Both the position numbers and the translations under genes were made by a program. The notes beneath the pieces were generated by a model. That model searched no databases. It was not told the origin of the DNA and saw only the letters and a list, made by a program, of their open reading frames with translations. A stretch of DNA of 64,000 nucleotides from Haliotis rubra (Eukaryota): positions 310,001-374,000 of the forward strand of contig NW_025765914.1 of assembly GCF_003918875.1 (NCBI RefSeq), given 5' to 3'. Numbering within the stretch: the stretch's first letter is position 1; each line of letters opens with the position of its first letter. Below are positions 63,001 to 64,000 of this stretch, one piece after another.

Positions 63001-64000
63001 TACTGCATCAGTAATAATGAATTTTTTGATTGGCAGCTTAGTGTCGCATCATAATGGAATAAATATGTTGTTACCTATAATATGTCTTATAAGTTCTATC
63101 TTGAGATATGGGATGGAGTTTTTGTGACTTAAAAAATAGAATAATTTTGTTGAAACAACATAATACATGATAAATGTGAAATACACAAAGACATGGAATT
63201 TCCTGCGCTTACTGTGAATACATCACGAAACCATGTAGAGGAAATACTTCATCAACGACGCAAAGTGAGCACGTAGCTTAAAATGTATCAGGTGTTGGGA
63301 ACAATGACACTCGTTAATCCGTACGGTGCTATTTGGTGTGAAGATGCACATGTAATTAAACTTTGGATTAACAAAATCTGGGTGCGAGATATTGTTAATC
63401 TATATACAGACGCACTGATCTGAATCCGTCCTGGGCTAATAGTATGCAGATGGTTTTATGGTTCAAGTTGAACCCAAAGAGATCCGCCCGGAAAGGATCT
63501 ATTTCAGTCCAAAGGGACGCTCCCTTGGAACTTTTTGGAAATCAGCTTCTGTAGTGATAAAACTCTTCCTCGTTAAGCAACAGCTATAAAATAATATTTG
63601 CAAATGTTAGCTCGTTGCTTGATTTATCAGCGCGAAAAATGAAATATAAATGTAATCACATGTGTATAAGAACAGTACATTTTTCGGGATGTTATATAAA
63701 ACATTTACTTATCGTAATCTTATTAACGTAGCGTCATAACGTCACAGACACCAGGTGTCAATCCTAATACATAGAACTGAACGGTATTGCCCATGATTTG
63801 TGACAATGATTAAAGAAAGTCGCCGTACTCGGGTCAATTGATATTGCTTTGACCTTGACCTCCTTATACGACAGCTGCGCCTAAAGGAAGGGTAATGGGT
63901 TGGGGATTGTGGTGTTGGGGGTACAGTATATTAACAGATTGTCAGGTCGAACATGTGACGGATGTTTTTGTGGCATAGTTATTAGTATAAATACCTAAGG

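Overview
This window is eukaryotic, intron-containing, repeat-rich animal DNA. It is most likely a gastropod mollusc; abalone-like is my inference from the Pif-type genes and the SINE style. The ORF track is mostly noise, so I reconstructed genes by hand from GT-AG exons. There are five spliced genes. (1-2) Two tandem minus-strand TIR-domain paralogues (<1-367 and 4860-11306). The complete one couples a TIR lacking the NADase glutamate to a very long acidic linker built from a 78-bp/26-aa coding repeat. Each unit carries a PxQxT (TRAF-binding-type) motif, and the repeat exon is itself triplicated. (3) A 9-exon aldo-keto reductase (18024-28394) with an intact frame but with the catalytic Tyr and His and several NADPH contacts replaced, so it is a probable pseudoenzyme. 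It also has an internal exon 4-5 duplication and a dead Tc1 transposon in intron 8. (4-5) Two secreted Pif/BMSP-type laminin-G genes in tandem: a LamG-only gene (31006-39372) and a signal peptide + 3 chitin-binding + LamG gene (49844-60497), with matching exon phases. The rest is three SINE families, LINE and Tc1 relics, several MITEs, a Penelope-like hammerhead-type motif, and large minisatellites (55, 26, 42, 64, 78, 79 and 103 bp units). Several single-base homopolymer frameshifts suggest residual long-read assembly error.
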